From UHGV virus genome UHGV-1366919: a stretch of DNA of 64,000 nt; one strand, 5' to 3'. The position numbers and the translations under genes are program-made. Below the pieces are notes generated by a model, which had not been told where the DNA came from, ran no database searches, and saw nothing but the letters and a program-made list of their open reading frames with translations. Of the stretch, positions 11,101 through 20,014 are shown piece by piece. Positions within the stretch are counted from its first letter, which is position 1, and every line of letters starts with the position of its first letter. The stretch is from a virus.

Positions 11101-12070
11101 TTTAAAATACCAAAGCAACAAAACCAGTGATTCTAAAAAGTTGGAATTACAACTTTTTGACCGGGCAAAATGTCCGCAAAGATCTATAATTGTGGGCGAT
11201 TTGTACGATAATGCTTTTGGATTAGATGCTCTCAAAATTTATAATAAAGGAAACCTTGAAAATGATTTTGTTCTTTTTACTTCAAAATATGATAAAGAAC
11301 TTGAGGTTACTAATTATTATGTATTAATAGTTGACCAAAATTATCAGTCGTCTGAGCATCAGTTAACTTTCGAAGTAAGCCCTGATTTAACTTCTTGTAC
11401 AAATTATTCTCAAATTATTACTACTCGGGATATTAATGTTCTTAATTTTTCATTAAACCTTCCCAAGAGTTCTTTAATAAATGATAAATTTGTTTATAGC
11501 TTTGCTTTAGATGAAATTATTGCAGGATGGTATAATTTCCGAGTTATTATTGATCTTAATAATGGAGTATTTGAAGTTTATGAAAATGAACAACTTCTCC
11601 CCGTTAAAAGAAAAATTACTATCAATCCTAATGTTTATAATTTAAAGAATGTTTTTAATTATCCATTTATTTTAGGAACGGCATCTTATAAAAATGCAAT
11701 AACTTTAAATGACTTTTTAGGATTTAAAGATGAAAAGCCTTTTAATGCGGTTAATTTTAGAATTAAAAACTTTTTACTTTATTCTAAATTATTATCTGAA
11801 GATGAAAGACAAGCCCTTCTTTTATCTTTTTCTGATTTAGAGCCTCTAACTATTACTTTACCAGGCGGACAACGTAATAATTTTGAAGAAATTATTCGTT
11901 ATTTCAAATATAATCCGCCTGCTAATATGTCCAATACCATAAGAATTAATATTAAAAATTCCGGTATTACTAAATTAAGCGACCAGCAAAATCTTTCTTT
12001 GGATATTCTTAGAAAGATCAATGAAGAACTTGCAGTTCCATTAAACATTAAAGAAATTAAATTTATCTAA
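8108..12070 (+). CDS. Very large tail fibre/baseplate structural protein
   Basis: A 1320 aa N-rich ORF in the tail operon. No catalytic motif was recognised. The call rests on size and context. Confidence 0.45.
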   Translation: MSIRPLKSKPFSEIKNLELSYLDNSLEFLNTSYSTSESFNFNLYNALKNINDLTVNNYSYFFLGKKDLYTNWLKANIKENETNGYITPITFILEGKPAFLYFNQQNISLTPDHKLTWDTDFTLYSVETVLAQGIDSAIQQNYLFIIEYIEGTNKCYIKHINGKTDYYLINRKWDYRLNQYTGGPCDDLWFSSQKDLAEVFGQFNFIKTGDTFLFYLACTDDYKVQRQDGTYMWVSAKYNLEYEASENNYKLKVPQTSPENLLYYIDPQYVGQIVQLDSYNGRLRSLGPDSMSDTKLTLVSNPDLAPLVNYNGKNYNVISTITDKFTDLTDYINTSWISYKDRNFANVNVEKSAYNLESQCLFHLQYNNIDDKFSTTLNIIPLKNHLSPKNFTIRGDYLNTGTNNDPNVDFREYTSLETGTNQEFGNSTVTLNYIFYDIEYIINPGEDLAFSIGTNEDNDRGVALYPFQKLNINDTKFVKNGSFGSTNPFLSDKVKKLQTNSVFSNNGRYLHTWLYQSKSNPYGIWLDRYYYPNIISKQDALKGKVNFDPASFNDIIDKDYVQSDELFYSYIQDAPYFDKQSDLMFEQNGQYVYSRVGKDQVNAIISNISDAKEYELSSYSGNEEVVTINNLNIKNSGTLDLNFDMYLDSDKVYGLDLFANSSTNGLSISNLNDVTPFLYTFDNYYNSDNNLSNAIVTLHNTNFDIIKQLDIQHLYKNNEEILGLALNIPYEDFAIIGSEYVYIVSYDLILKERIKLVNENEVLKKVNIINNKLFYLIDKQYKFNLPDNQTDIFRHFYVLDLDRTTDEVSELMAYIPGTSRLVYKVTDLTQNKLYPVYYSSSAGENDNNIVFDHIDLNGKQVYRTQNSDIAPLPEGLLESTYVYLLDDTGFSKEQNYYCPDLRVAESLLTVTSQGINSIFIDKDDTAYAFPYIQVTKQNIEDGLFGIRERVPDALYQIENIDLNDYKQRVIDLPDANIIFTSYNRIFDISVNDLNQFACLKYQSNKTSDSKKLELQLFDRAKCPQRSIIVGDLYDNAFGLDALKIYNKGNLENDFVLFTSKYDKELEVTNYYVLIVDQNYQSSEHQLTFEVSPDLTSCTNYSQIITTRDINVLNFSLNLPKSSLINDKFVYSFALDEIIAGWYNFRVIIDLNNGVFEVYENEQLLPVKRKITINPNVYNLKNVFNYPFILGTASYKNAITLNDFLGFKDEKPFNAVNFRIKNFLLYSKLLSEDERQALLLSFSDLEPLTITLPGGQRNNFEEIIRYFKYNPPANMSNTIRINIKNSGITKLSDQQNLSLDILRKINEELAVPLNIKEIKFI

Positions 12071-14484
12071 TGACTAAAAAATATTATTCTACTAATGAAT
12101 ATTTTCTAATTGATCCGATTACAAAAGAACAAATACCTTATGAAGGCTATGTTCTTGTAGAAAATAATATTCCTTATACATTCGATGATAAAAAAGAATT
12201 AGTCATAGGTAATAATTATACAACAAAGATTAATTTATCTAATGATTTCTTTGATAGATTGTTAGATGTTGATCTTAAATTGCCTTATAATTTAGCTGAT
12301 TGTACTTTTGCAGCTAACGATTTCCTTAAAGCATCTGTTATTAATAAAATTATTAATAATTTAGAAGCAAATAACACCTATATCTTTAAAAATTGTCTTA
12401 TTGCTCAAAATGACTTGCCTTTAAGCGAAAAAATCCCAGTTTTATCTCCCCATAGACCATTTGCTTCTGAAGATAAAACTGAATTTGGCCCGGTAGACGG
12501 ATGGTTTTATTCCAACATATCTTATAGTACTCCCCAAAATATTTGGAATAAATTAGATTGGCCTGATACTGTTGAGGGTTATAATTGGGGAACTGAAGAT
12601 ATTATTAATAGTATTGTTGTTCCAACTAATAAATTTACTGATAAGAAAGATGCCGACGGAAACCCAATGAAACTATATGCTGTTTTTATTGGAAGATCTA
12701 CTTCTATTCAGCTGATGAACCTTTACTTATTTCCTTATGATGAATTACAGCAAAGTTCAGATCCTTTATTAAATGAAGGAGACCATGCTGAAGAATTAAA
12801 TCAACGAATGTTTGAAGAAATCTCTTCAATTAATAATCAAAATATTAGTGGTTCTAATGTCAATAATTTGAATATCTTTACATTTTCTAAAATTGATCCA
12901 AATAACATTGACTCAGCTTCATTTAAAAATATTTCTGGAATAGCTTTAGATGGAAATTACTTGTATGTAATTGATAATCAGTTAAATGGTCTTTTTAAAT
13001 ATGATATTTCCAAATGTTTATCTGATCGAGGAGCTGCAACAAATAGAATAATGCTTGTTGACCAAATTCAAGGCTTTGGAGATTTAAATCAGCCTTATCG
13101 ATTTAATAATCCACAATCTATTGCGGCATTTGATAATACAATCACTGTCTTCGATAAAGGAAATAATGTAATCAAAGTTCTCGATAACTTCTTCAACCAT
13201 AAATTTACCATTCGTTCAGGCGGATTTATTCGTCAAAATACAAGAACAGTGTCAATTTGCCCTTATGAATTTATTCTTAATGAAGAAACTATAGAAAAAG
13301 GTTCAATTTGGGTAATTACTGAAGCTGCAGATAAAATTATTATTAATATTTTCTCTAATAAAGGAGAATACTTGGGTGATTATCAAGTTCTTTATCTTGA
13401 ACTACTTAAAACTTACTGGTATAATCCTGAAGATGGACAACCTTCTTCAGATGAGCCAATCTATAATCAAGAAATCGTTAAAAAAATTGATTTCTCATAT
13501 AATAATTCAAATTATTTCTATATTGTTACTAATAAACGAATTGTTAAATTTCAGCTGTCTAAATTAACTTATCCGATTGGAATTATTTCTTATTATTACC
13601 GTTCAATTACTCTTGACGATTTAGTTTGGGAAAATGTTTACATGCCCTGGGAAAATGTTCAAGACTTAGGGAATAATTTAATTCCTTGGGATTATGATCG
13701 TTCTACAGAATTATCCGCTTATCCTCAAAATGTTTGTTTTTCCATAACAGGAACTCCTGAATTAAATGAAGATGTTATTTTTAATATCATTGATAATAGA
13801 AGTTATTATGGACAAGGAAAGTTGCAAAGAGTAGATAATTACACAGACAATAAACTTCTTTATTATGATAAGAATAGAGACTATACCTACCTTAAAATAA
13901 ATCTGGATGGCAGGGTTAACCCACCAGTTTTAGTGAATACAGGTGATATTGTAGATGAATACCGTCCTTCTGCTCAAAATACCCCGGAAAAAGTTGAAGG
14001 TAAAACATTTGTTATTAAAGAAGAGGAAGTTATTTCTAAGCTCCATAAGAATGTTATCCTTTTCTTTAAAGAACCGAATATTTTAAAGTCTTCTTTATTA
14101 AAATCTGATATTAATGTTTATTCTGAAGAAGAATTAAGCTTTAAAGATAATCAAGAATACTATAATGTCCTTACATTTAATAAAATTCTTTATAAACTTT
14201 TCTTTAACTTATCAGAAATTAAGAAATATATCTTCGGAACATTTGTTGGAGGTTATAGTATTGACGGGTTGATGACTTATGACCATGTTAAGCCTGATTC
14301 ATCTTTTCAGGAATTAGGTTCTGATAAAGAAAATTTCTTCATGGGAGAGAATGAGTTAACATCAATTATCCTTAATAGATGCTTTACCTCAATCTATAAT
14401 ACTCAAGTAAATATCATCAAGAAAATGCAGACTAGTTTTATTAGTACGCTTAACTATAACATTAATTCTTACCGAATCATCTAA
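12070..14484 (+). CDS. Tail fibre/baseplate structural protein with beta-propeller-like repeats
   Basis: An 804 aa ORF joined to the upstream gene by TAATG. It has repeated segments resembling NHL/beta-propeller blades (ISGIALDGNYLYVIDNQLNGLFKYDIS and PQSIAAFDNTITVFDKGNNVIKVLD). Confidence 0.4.
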   Translation: MTKKYYSTNEYFLIDPITKEQIPYEGYVLVENNIPYTFDDKKELVIGNNYTTKINLSNDFFDRLLDVDLKLPYNLADCTFAANDFLKASVINKIINNLEANNTYIFKNCLIAQNDLPLSEKIPVLSPHRPFASEDKTEFGPVDGWFYSNISYSTPQNIWNKLDWPDTVEGYNWGTEDIINSIVVPTNKFTDKKDADGNPMKLYAVFIGRSTSIQLMNLYLFPYDELQQSSDPLLNEGDHAEELNQRMFEEISSINNQNISGSNVNNLNIFTFSKIDPNNIDSASFKNISGIALDGNYLYVIDNQLNGLFKYDISKCLSDRGAATNRIMLVDQIQGFGDLNQPYRFNNPQSIAAFDNTITVFDKGNNVIKVLDNFFNHKFTIRSGGFIRQNTRTVSICPYEFILNEETIEKGSIWVITEAADKIIINIFSNKGEYLGDYQVLYLELLKTYWYNPEDGQPSSDEPIYNQEIVKKIDFSYNNSNYFYIVTNKRIVKFQLSKLTYPIGIISYYYRSITLDDLVWENVYMPWENVQDLGNNLIPWDYDRSTELSAYPQNVCFSITGTPELNEDVIFNIIDNRSYYGQGKLQRVDNYTDNKLLYYDKNRDYTYLKINLDGRVNPPVLVNTGDIVDEYRPSAQNTPEKVEGKTFVIKEEEVISKLHKNVILFFKEPNILKSSLLKSDINVYSEEELSFKDNQEYYNVLTFNKILYKLFFNLSEIKKYIFGTFVGGYSIDGLMTYDHVKPDSSFQELGSDKENFFMGENELTSIILNRCFTSIYNTQVNIIKKMQTSFISTLNYNINSYRII

Positions 14485-16124
14485 TGGCTCAACAATTTTC
14501 ATCTCTTATTAAATTTCGTCGTGGTTTAAAAGAACAGCGATTAAAAACTTCTTTCCAAGAAGGCGAACCTGTTTATGAAACAGATACAAAACGTTTATTC
14601 ATTGGAGTAGGAGATAATAATGAAGCTTCTGTTGGTCCTGAAACAGTCGGTGGTATTATTACATCTAATTTAACTTTTATTGGGCCTGCTTCCAGTGATC
14701 CTTCTCCTGATACTGAGCCGCGGTCTTATTCCGGAGACTTAATGTATGCCAATAATAAGCTTTGGAGAATGGGAGACTCTAATTGGGAAGATATTTCTCC
14801 TAAAGTAGATGGGATTACTTTAGCATATAATGCAAATAATGAACTTCAGGTTCTTTCCGGAGCATTTTCTGTTACTGCCGGGAATGGTATCTCTATTACC
14901 TCGGGAAATACTGTCAATATTAAGAATTCTCCTCAAAATATTCTTCAAATTGTTAATGGTGAATTAACAATTCCTCAAGGAAGTATAACTGCTGATTATT
15001 TTTCTACTGAAACTTTTAGTTCTGACTATTTCACAATTATTGGATCTCTTATCCAAATTAATTTAGATCCTAATTATTTTTCTACGACTGGAAATATTAA
15101 AATTACTAAAGTTCCAGCTGGTGAAAAGAATGATACATTAACAACTGTTGATAATAAACAAGTCGGTACTGTAAATGCTGTCATTACCAATCGTTTAGGA
15201 GAAAGTTCCGGCGGTATTACTCTTGATTCTAATTTAAATCTTCAAATTGATCCTCAAGTAACAGTCATTAATGATGAAACTAATCAAATCACAGGGTTAA
15301 AACCTGGTATTGGTGATGTTTTAGCAGTGAATGATTCCACCTCTAAAGCCTATAATGGATCTATCTCTGATTATTTTGATGAAGATATTAAATGGACTGG
15401 TCATGAAAGAACTGAAATAAGTCTTTTTGAAGAAGACCGGTTAAATGCACCCAATCCGATGACCGTTTTTTCTGGCGGCATGATTTTAATGGATATGGGA
15501 ACTACAAAAACCGGAAAAGGATATAAGCGGTATGCCGTCCCGGTTTTTGAATTACCGGAACCACCTGAAATTTATCATATTGAATTGGGAAGTGGCAATA
15601 CTCCAGGAAGTATTATCGGTGATAACCTTGGAGGAATTCGAGTATGGACCATAGAATCAAATACCAAGCCCGTAGAAAATATAGTAGCAGGCAGTAGTAT
15701 TGATTTACTGCATGGGACAAATAGGTTAGAATTAACTTCACCTATTTCTATTCCTCCAGATGGACAAGTTATTGCTAAAAATTATATTGGTACACTTAAT
15801 TTAGCGGATTATACCGCCAATAATCCAATTATTCGCCAGGTAACTTATGAAGGCTCAGGAACTCCTGTCACCAGTATTTCAATTGATATATTCAATGTTA
15901 ATTCTACTAAAGCCAATTTTACAAAGGTAGAATATGCTTTAGTTTCAGCTCCTGAAACAAATATTAATATTCCAACATTTGATGTACAAGAGAATTCAGA
16001 ATATCCTGGAATTAATAGTTTTGTTAATGTATCAACTTGGCCTTCCGGAGCTCCTAACTGGGAAGATATTTCTTCTGTTACTGTAACTTACAGTGGAACA
16101 GTTATCAAATATACTATTCGCTAA
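14484..16124 (+). CDS. Tail fibre protein (conserved N-terminal fibre motif)
   Basis: A 546 aa ORF. The N-terminus (SLIKFRRGLKEQRLKTSFQEGEPVYETDTKRLFIGVGDN) matches the widespread phage tail-fibre N-terminal signature (RRG...L.EGE...DT..L.IGDG). The body is rich in T/S/G/N, as is typical of fibres. Confidence 0.55.
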   Translation: MAQQFSSLIKFRRGLKEQRLKTSFQEGEPVYETDTKRLFIGVGDNNEASVGPETVGGIITSNLTFIGPASSDPSPDTEPRSYSGDLMYANNKLWRMGDSNWEDISPKVDGITLAYNANNELQVLSGAFSVTAGNGISITSGNTVNIKNSPQNILQIVNGELTIPQGSITADYFSTETFSSDYFTIIGSLIQINLDPNYFSTTGNIKITKVPAGEKNDTLTTVDNKQVGTVNAVITNRLGESSGGITLDSNLNLQIDPQVTVINDETNQITGLKPGIGDVLAVNDSTSKAYNGSISDYFDEDIKWTGHERTEISLFEEDRLNAPNPMTVFSGGMILMDMGTTKTGKGYKRYAVPVFELPEPPEIYHIELGSGNTPGSIIGDNLGGIRVWTIESNTKPVENIVAGSSIDLLHGTNRLELTSPISIPPDGQVIAKNYIGTLNLADYTANNPIIRQVTYEGSGTPVTSISIDIFNVNSTKANFTKVEYALVSAPETNINIPTFDVQENSEYPGINSFVNVSTWPSGAPNWEDISSVTVTYSGTVIKYTIR

Positions 16125-16984
16125 TGTATAATCCCCTAAAATTACAATCCCCGGTAATTTTACCTCCGGAATCGATAAGTCAAAATTGGATTTCTAAAGA
16201 AAATTTTGACTTAAAGGAAAACCTTACATTTTCATTTAAACTTAAATCTAGTAATACTTCAGATAAAGAATTGGGATTTTCTATTTTTCTTGTTAATTCT
16301 TCTAATACCGAATCTTTTGGAGCCAGCACAATTAGGTCTGGCTTGACCGATTATTCTACAAAAGGAGAAATTGGAGAAGGATTTAATAAAAATAATGAAA
16401 AATTATCCTTAAGATATAATAATATTCAATATGATTTTCTTTTGGACCATGTTTATCCTTATTCAATAAATGGTTTGGCTTCTAATCAAAAACCATTTAA
16501 TACAGAAGGATTTCAAAATAATAATATTTTTAGTATTTTATTTGATTCCACCAAAAAATTTTATAAAAACCAGCTTGATTTTTATAAAAATGTTTATTTT
16601 GATGAGGTACAGGTTAAAGATATTGTTACGGATCAAATTGTAGATCCTTCTACTTATAATTGTCCTATCTTTATTCAAGCTCTGCAAGATTTATATATAG
16701 CCGAGTTTAAAACAGATCAAAATTTTGATATACTAAATTTAAATTCTGTAACAATTCGATTTTCTTTTGAAAATTATGGTAAATTGTTCAGAATGGATGT
16801 TCTTGAAGCTAATGGTATAGAATATAAAAATGTATGTTTAAAATATTTTGACCTTAATATGAGGCAATATCGTAATCTTAAGCTCGGATATGGAATTGCA
16901 AGTCCAATAATGACTTATAATACTGAAAATATTGCTGATTTTACTATTGATACTTTCCATATCCAAGGTAAATTGAGAGAGTAA
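16124..16984 (+). CDS. Hypothetical structural protein (tail fibre-associated)
   Basis: A 286 aa ORF that is the last gene of the + strand structural run, with a TAATG junction to the upstream gene. No motif was recognised. Confidence 0.35.
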   Translation: MYNPLKLQSPVILPPESISQNWISKENFDLKENLTFSFKLKSSNTSDKELGFSIFLVNSSNTESFGASTIRSGLTDYSTKGEIGEGFNKNNEKLSLRYNNIQYDFLLDHVYPYSINGLASNQKPFNTEGFQNNNIFSILFDSTKKFYKNQLDFYKNVYFDEVQVKDIVTDQIVDPSTYNCPIFIQALQDLYIAEFKTDQNFDILNLNSVTIRFSFENYGKLFRMDVLEANGIEYKNVCLKYFDLNMRQYRNLKLGYGIASPIMTYNTENIADFTIDTFHIQGKLRE

Positions 16985-17027
16985 AGGTACATATACTATT
17001 CCTGCTCATACTCCTCTTGATATAGAG
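16984..17027. repeat. Left arm of a perfect ~42-44 bp inverted repeat; partner lies inside the tail-fibre gene at 17645-17687
   Basis: GGTACATATACTATTCCTGCTCATACTCCTCTTGATATAGAG on the + strand is the exact reverse complement of 17645-17687. It encodes GTYTIPAHTPLDIE in the + sense. Confidence 0.85.
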
Positions 17028-17222
17028 GACCATTAGACTAATCCATACAATAGTAAACTTATAATTGATAGAATGTCGGGGACTTTTTTCTGTTTCATCT
17101 ATCAAGCTAATCCTAAAGCAATCGGATGTTTTCAACTTGTTAATACTTTTAACGAAACAGGCCATAAAAGATATAACGAAGCATTACAGTATGCAACCTA
17201 TAAATTAAACTTTAGTGGCTAA
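17028..17222 (+). pseudogene. Degenerate alternative tail-fibre C-terminal cassette (collar-region homolog), interrupted by an in-frame TAG
   Basis: Continuing in frame from the repeat, the + strand reads DH*TNPYNSKLIIDRMSGTFFCFIYQANPKAIGCFQLVNTFNETGHKRYNEALQYATYKLNFSG*. This aligns with the minus-strand fibre C-terminus DPQTNPYVLSSLSGEGG...SQHRDNHWAFANVQYELNLSNL. The TAG at 17034-17036 sits exactly where the intact gene has CAA (Gln). Confidence 0.5.
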
Positions 17223-17311
17223 ATAAATCAAAGTAATATGACTCCATGAGAAACTAGATCTTATTGCATATCTCTTTCTTATTTGATTAAAATAACTTTA
17301 AATTTAAAAAA

Positions 17312-17334
17312 GCGGTGAGAACGTTCTCACCGCT
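17312..17334. terminator. Bidirectional intrinsic terminator between convergent genes
   Basis: Perfect hairpin GCGGTGAGAAC/GTTCTCACCGC, flanked by an A-run (17305-17311) and a T-run (17335-17339). It lies between the + gene ending at 16984 and the minus gene ending at 17338. Confidence 0.8.
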
Positions 17335-17337
17335 TTT

Positions 17338-19521
17338 TTATTTAATTTTAATAAGATAGGTTAAAGATATGTTATAAGGTCTAGTTTCTTTGGGGGCAAT
17401 AGGTCCTATTAGGTTACTTAGGTTTAATTCATATTGAACATTAGCAAAAGCCCAATGGTTATCTCTATGTTGTGATAAAAAGTTCGCTTCACTTAGATAA
17501 GTTTGAGAAAAAGCACCAGTTCCACCGACATATAATGGATAACGCTGTCCCCAATTTTGAGAACGAACACAAGTTTTAAAAGTACTTTTGGTTCCTCCTT
17601 CTCCTGAAAGGGAACTTAAGACATATGGATTAGTTTGAGGATCTTCTATATCAAGAGGAGTATGAGCAGGAATAGTATATGTACCTTCACTTGTAATAGT
17701 AGAAGATGTAGTGGAAGCACCTCGAATAAATCTATTTCTTAAGTCTGGCAAATTAAATTGTCCGCCTCCCCCAATTACTGTTAAATGTGAAGTAACTGGA
17801 TGAGCCGTAGTATTAAAAGTAATTATAGCTAATCCTTGGCTTAATCGTAAAAATGGAATTCGCCATGGATTAGAATCAAACTCTAACCACCACTTAGACG
17901 GTACATGGATGTTATAATATCCATCATTTTGAATAGTATAAGTATTTTGCTCATTAATGGTAGCTAACAGTGTACTATTTGTATAGATAGTAACAGGCAA
18001 TGGTGTTCTTATGCCGTTCAATACAATACCAAGGCCTTGAGCAGTAATTACTGTTCCCTTCTTCAAATATAAAGACGGTTCATAATCATAAGCAGATTCG
18101 CCGCTTCTATTAATATTAAAGGGGGCAATATTTGTTGTTAATATTCCTTCAAGAACCAATGGTATATCGTTATAAGGCAAACTAGTTCCATCCAATACAA
18201 GGTAAAAATGCCTTTTAACACCTTCATTATCTGGATTCCAAGATTGCCAAACATCTAAATTAATTGATGTAATAGTATTAAAATTAAAAGTATATTGACC
18301 GCTTACAAATTGAGCTGTGTTAGTAACTTCTTCCGGACAATATAAAATATAATTAGCATAGCCTTCAGAAAGTTCTACATATGTCCTAGCATTAGAACTA
18401 TATTTGGCATCTATAGTACATTCCATTTCAGGAACTGTTACATTTATTTTTGGTAATTGCTGAAATGTATTATTACCAGTAGCGGGAATCCATAAACAAT
18501 AAATTCCATCCTCGGGAATAATATAAGATCTGTTATCAACAGTAGAAATTAAAGGGCTACCGTCAACTCCAAAAGTTGATAAATTTAATTTTTCTTTATT
18601 ATAGATATAAGCTTCGGATGCCCCGGCATTTCCAGCTAAAGTATATCGGGCTCCCTGAATTTGAACAACTGTGTTAGCGGGCAAATAGGCATATTCTGCG
18701 TGGGCAGCCTGATTTGGACTTTGCTCATAATTAATAGTTCTACCAGTTTGCCGCCAACTAATTTTTACAGATGGATTTTCAAATGTATCAGTAGTATTAA
18801 ATTCAATATTACTAAATTGGAGTTCATTTTTAACTAGTTCAAAATCTAAATCTCCTTGAGCCTGTAAAGAATTTATTTCTAATTTGGTCAAAGTAGTAAT
18901 ATTATTTTCATGAAATAAAGATGCTGCAATAATAGGAAGGCTTAGCCTTAATCTTTTATAAGATAATCTACTTGTACCGACTACCATTCGGTACAAATCA
19001 GGGAAATTATCAAAATTATATTCTTGCCCAGTTAATGAATGCCGATTTTGGCCATCGGCAAAATCATAATAATCCCTGAATCGCTGAGGAAGCAAATTAA
19101 GATCTTTTTGGGCAATTGCAACCGGAATAACAGTGCCCACTGGAACAGTTTGCTCCATAATTTGATTATCGGTAACAAACTGTTTAATAATTTCAATTAA
19201 ATCCTGATGCTCATAATTTCCGGCATTATCACCGATGAGAATATTATTTTTAGCCGGAGCAACAGTAGGAACATTAGTTTGAGTACCAAATGTAATCTTA
19301 TCTCTTAATTGAGTTTGGCTGACAATTTCTTTTTGAACTTCAATATGTTCAGTACCAATAGACAATGCAGAATTATTACCCATTGAATCAGCAACAGGAA
19401 CGGGTGTTAATCCAATACCAGTATCTGAACCGTCATCGGCCGGAGAAACACGTAAAATTCCTCGGAAAGATTTTGAAATTGGCTTTTTTGCTACGTCTCT
19501 ATTGTTTTGTTCTGTTGCCAT
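17338..19521 (-). CDS. Tail fibre protein with a C-terminal collar (gp12-like receptor-binding) domain
   Basis: A 727 aa ORF. The C-terminus (...NLPDLRNRFIRGAS...GTYTIPAHTPLDIED...) matches the phage tail-collar domain signature (LPDLRGRF.RG). The rest is T/S/G-rich fibre-like sequence. It contains the right arm of the inverted repeat. Confidence 0.7.
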   Translation of the reverse strand: MATEQNNRDVAKKPISKSFRGILRVSPADDGSDTGIGLTPVPVADSMGNNSALSIGTEHIEVQKEIVSQTQLRDKITFGTQTNVPTVAPAKNNILIGDNAGNYEHQDLIEIIKQFVTDNQIMEQTVPVGTVIPVAIAQKDLNLLPQRFRDYYDFADGQNRHSLTGQEYNFDNFPDLYRMVVGTSRLSYKRLRLSLPIIAASLFHENNITTLTKLEINSLQAQGDLDFELVKNELQFSNIEFNTTDTFENPSVKISWRQTGRTINYEQSPNQAAHAEYAYLPANTVVQIQGARYTLAGNAGASEAYIYNKEKLNLSTFGVDGSPLISTVDNRSYIIPEDGIYCLWIPATGNNTFQQLPKINVTVPEMECTIDAKYSSNARTYVELSEGYANYILYCPEEVTNTAQFVSGQYTFNFNTITSINLDVWQSWNPDNEGVKRHFYLVLDGTSLPYNDIPLVLEGILTTNIAPFNINRSGESAYDYEPSLYLKKGTVITAQGLGIVLNGIRTPLPVTIYTNSTLLATINEQNTYTIQNDGYYNIHVPSKWWLEFDSNPWRIPFLRLSQGLAIITFNTTAHPVTSHLTVIGGGGQFNLPDLRNRFIRGASTTSSTITSEGTYTIPAHTPLDIEDPQTNPYVLSSLSGEGGTKSTFKTCVRSQNWGQRYPLYVGGTGAFSQTYLSEANFLSQHRDNHWAFANVQYELNLSNLIGPIAPKETRPYNISLTYLIKIK
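17645..17687. repeat. Right arm of the perfect inverted repeat (inside the fibre coding sequence)
   Basis: Exact reverse complement of 16984-17027, read directly from the sequence. Confidence 0.85.
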
Positions 19522-19539
19522 GTTATAAAGCTTTCTTGT

Positions 19540-19556
19540 TTGAATATTTATTGAGA
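19540..19556 (-). promoter_or_regulatory. Candidate T4-late-type promoter (ATAAATA) upstream of the tail-fibre gene
   Basis: The minus strand reads CTCAATAAATATTCA about 25 nt upstream of the ATG at 19521, resembling the T4 late consensus TATAAATA. Confidence 0.25.
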
Positions 19557-19628
19557 TCCTCTACTGATTTAAATTTAAAATTAAATTCTAAATTAATCTT
19601 TAAAAATTAATATTAGAATAAAAGAAAA

Positions 19629-19652
19629 GACTCTGGAAATTTATCCAGAGTC
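19629..19652. terminator. Intrinsic terminator hairpin
   Basis: GACTCTGGA-AATTTA-TCCAGAGTC with T/A runs on both sides. It lies at the 3' end of the minus gene 19667-20014. Confidence 0.6.
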
Positions 19653-19666
19653 TTTTAAAAATCATT

Positions 19667-20014
19667 TTAGAAATTATTTTCAAGAATTAAATCTTGTAAT
19701 CCTGCAAAATATCTCTCATCAATATATTTTTTAATAGCTTTATGCGGTTTAGCTTTCTTAACGATATTATCAACTGTAAATTCCATATCTCGTTCATAAT
19801 ATTCGTCGCAAATTAAATTAATCGCTTCAATTAATAAAGCCCATCTTGTCAATAAAGGAAGAGTCATCTGAGTTCCGTCGTTAAATGTTACAACTTGTTT
19901 CTCTCTGGCCTCTAATTCTGCACCGGTCAATTTCTTATTTTTCATCTGAGTTAAACTTTTTAGTTGTTTTATATTTCTCAGATAATAAATCATACATATT
20001 ATGTTCATCAACAA
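19667..20014 (-). CDS. Hypothetical protein (probable true start near 19945)
   Basis: A 115 aa ORF that overlaps the next ORF by 80 nt in a different frame. The internal Met (MKNKKLTGAELEAREK...) removes the overlap. Confidence 0.4.
   Translation of the reverse strand: MLMNIICMIYYLRNIKQLKSLTQMKNKKLTGAELEAREKQVVTFNDGTQMTLPLLTRWALLIEAINLICDEYYERDMEFTVDNIVKKAKPHKAIKKYIDERYFAGLQDLILENNF

Noticed and set aside
17034-17036. The TAG in the alternative fibre cassette aligns with a Gln codon of the intact gene, which raises the possibility of TAG-to-Gln stop-codon recoding
   Set aside because: TAG clearly terminates bona fide genes elsewhere in the window (for example the 792 aa gene ends with TAG at 4654-4656). 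Homolog-length ORFs are obtained with the standard code. The cassette is more likely a decayed copy.
16985-17337. tRNA or other RNA genes in the non-coding spacers (also 19522-19666, 21883-22165, 46238-47019 and 60011-60125)
   Set aside because: No cloverleaf-compatible sequence, with a GTTC(G/A)A T-loop and matching acceptor stem, was seen in any spacer. T4-like phages often carry tRNAs, but none is evident in this window. tRNAscan on the full genome would settle it.
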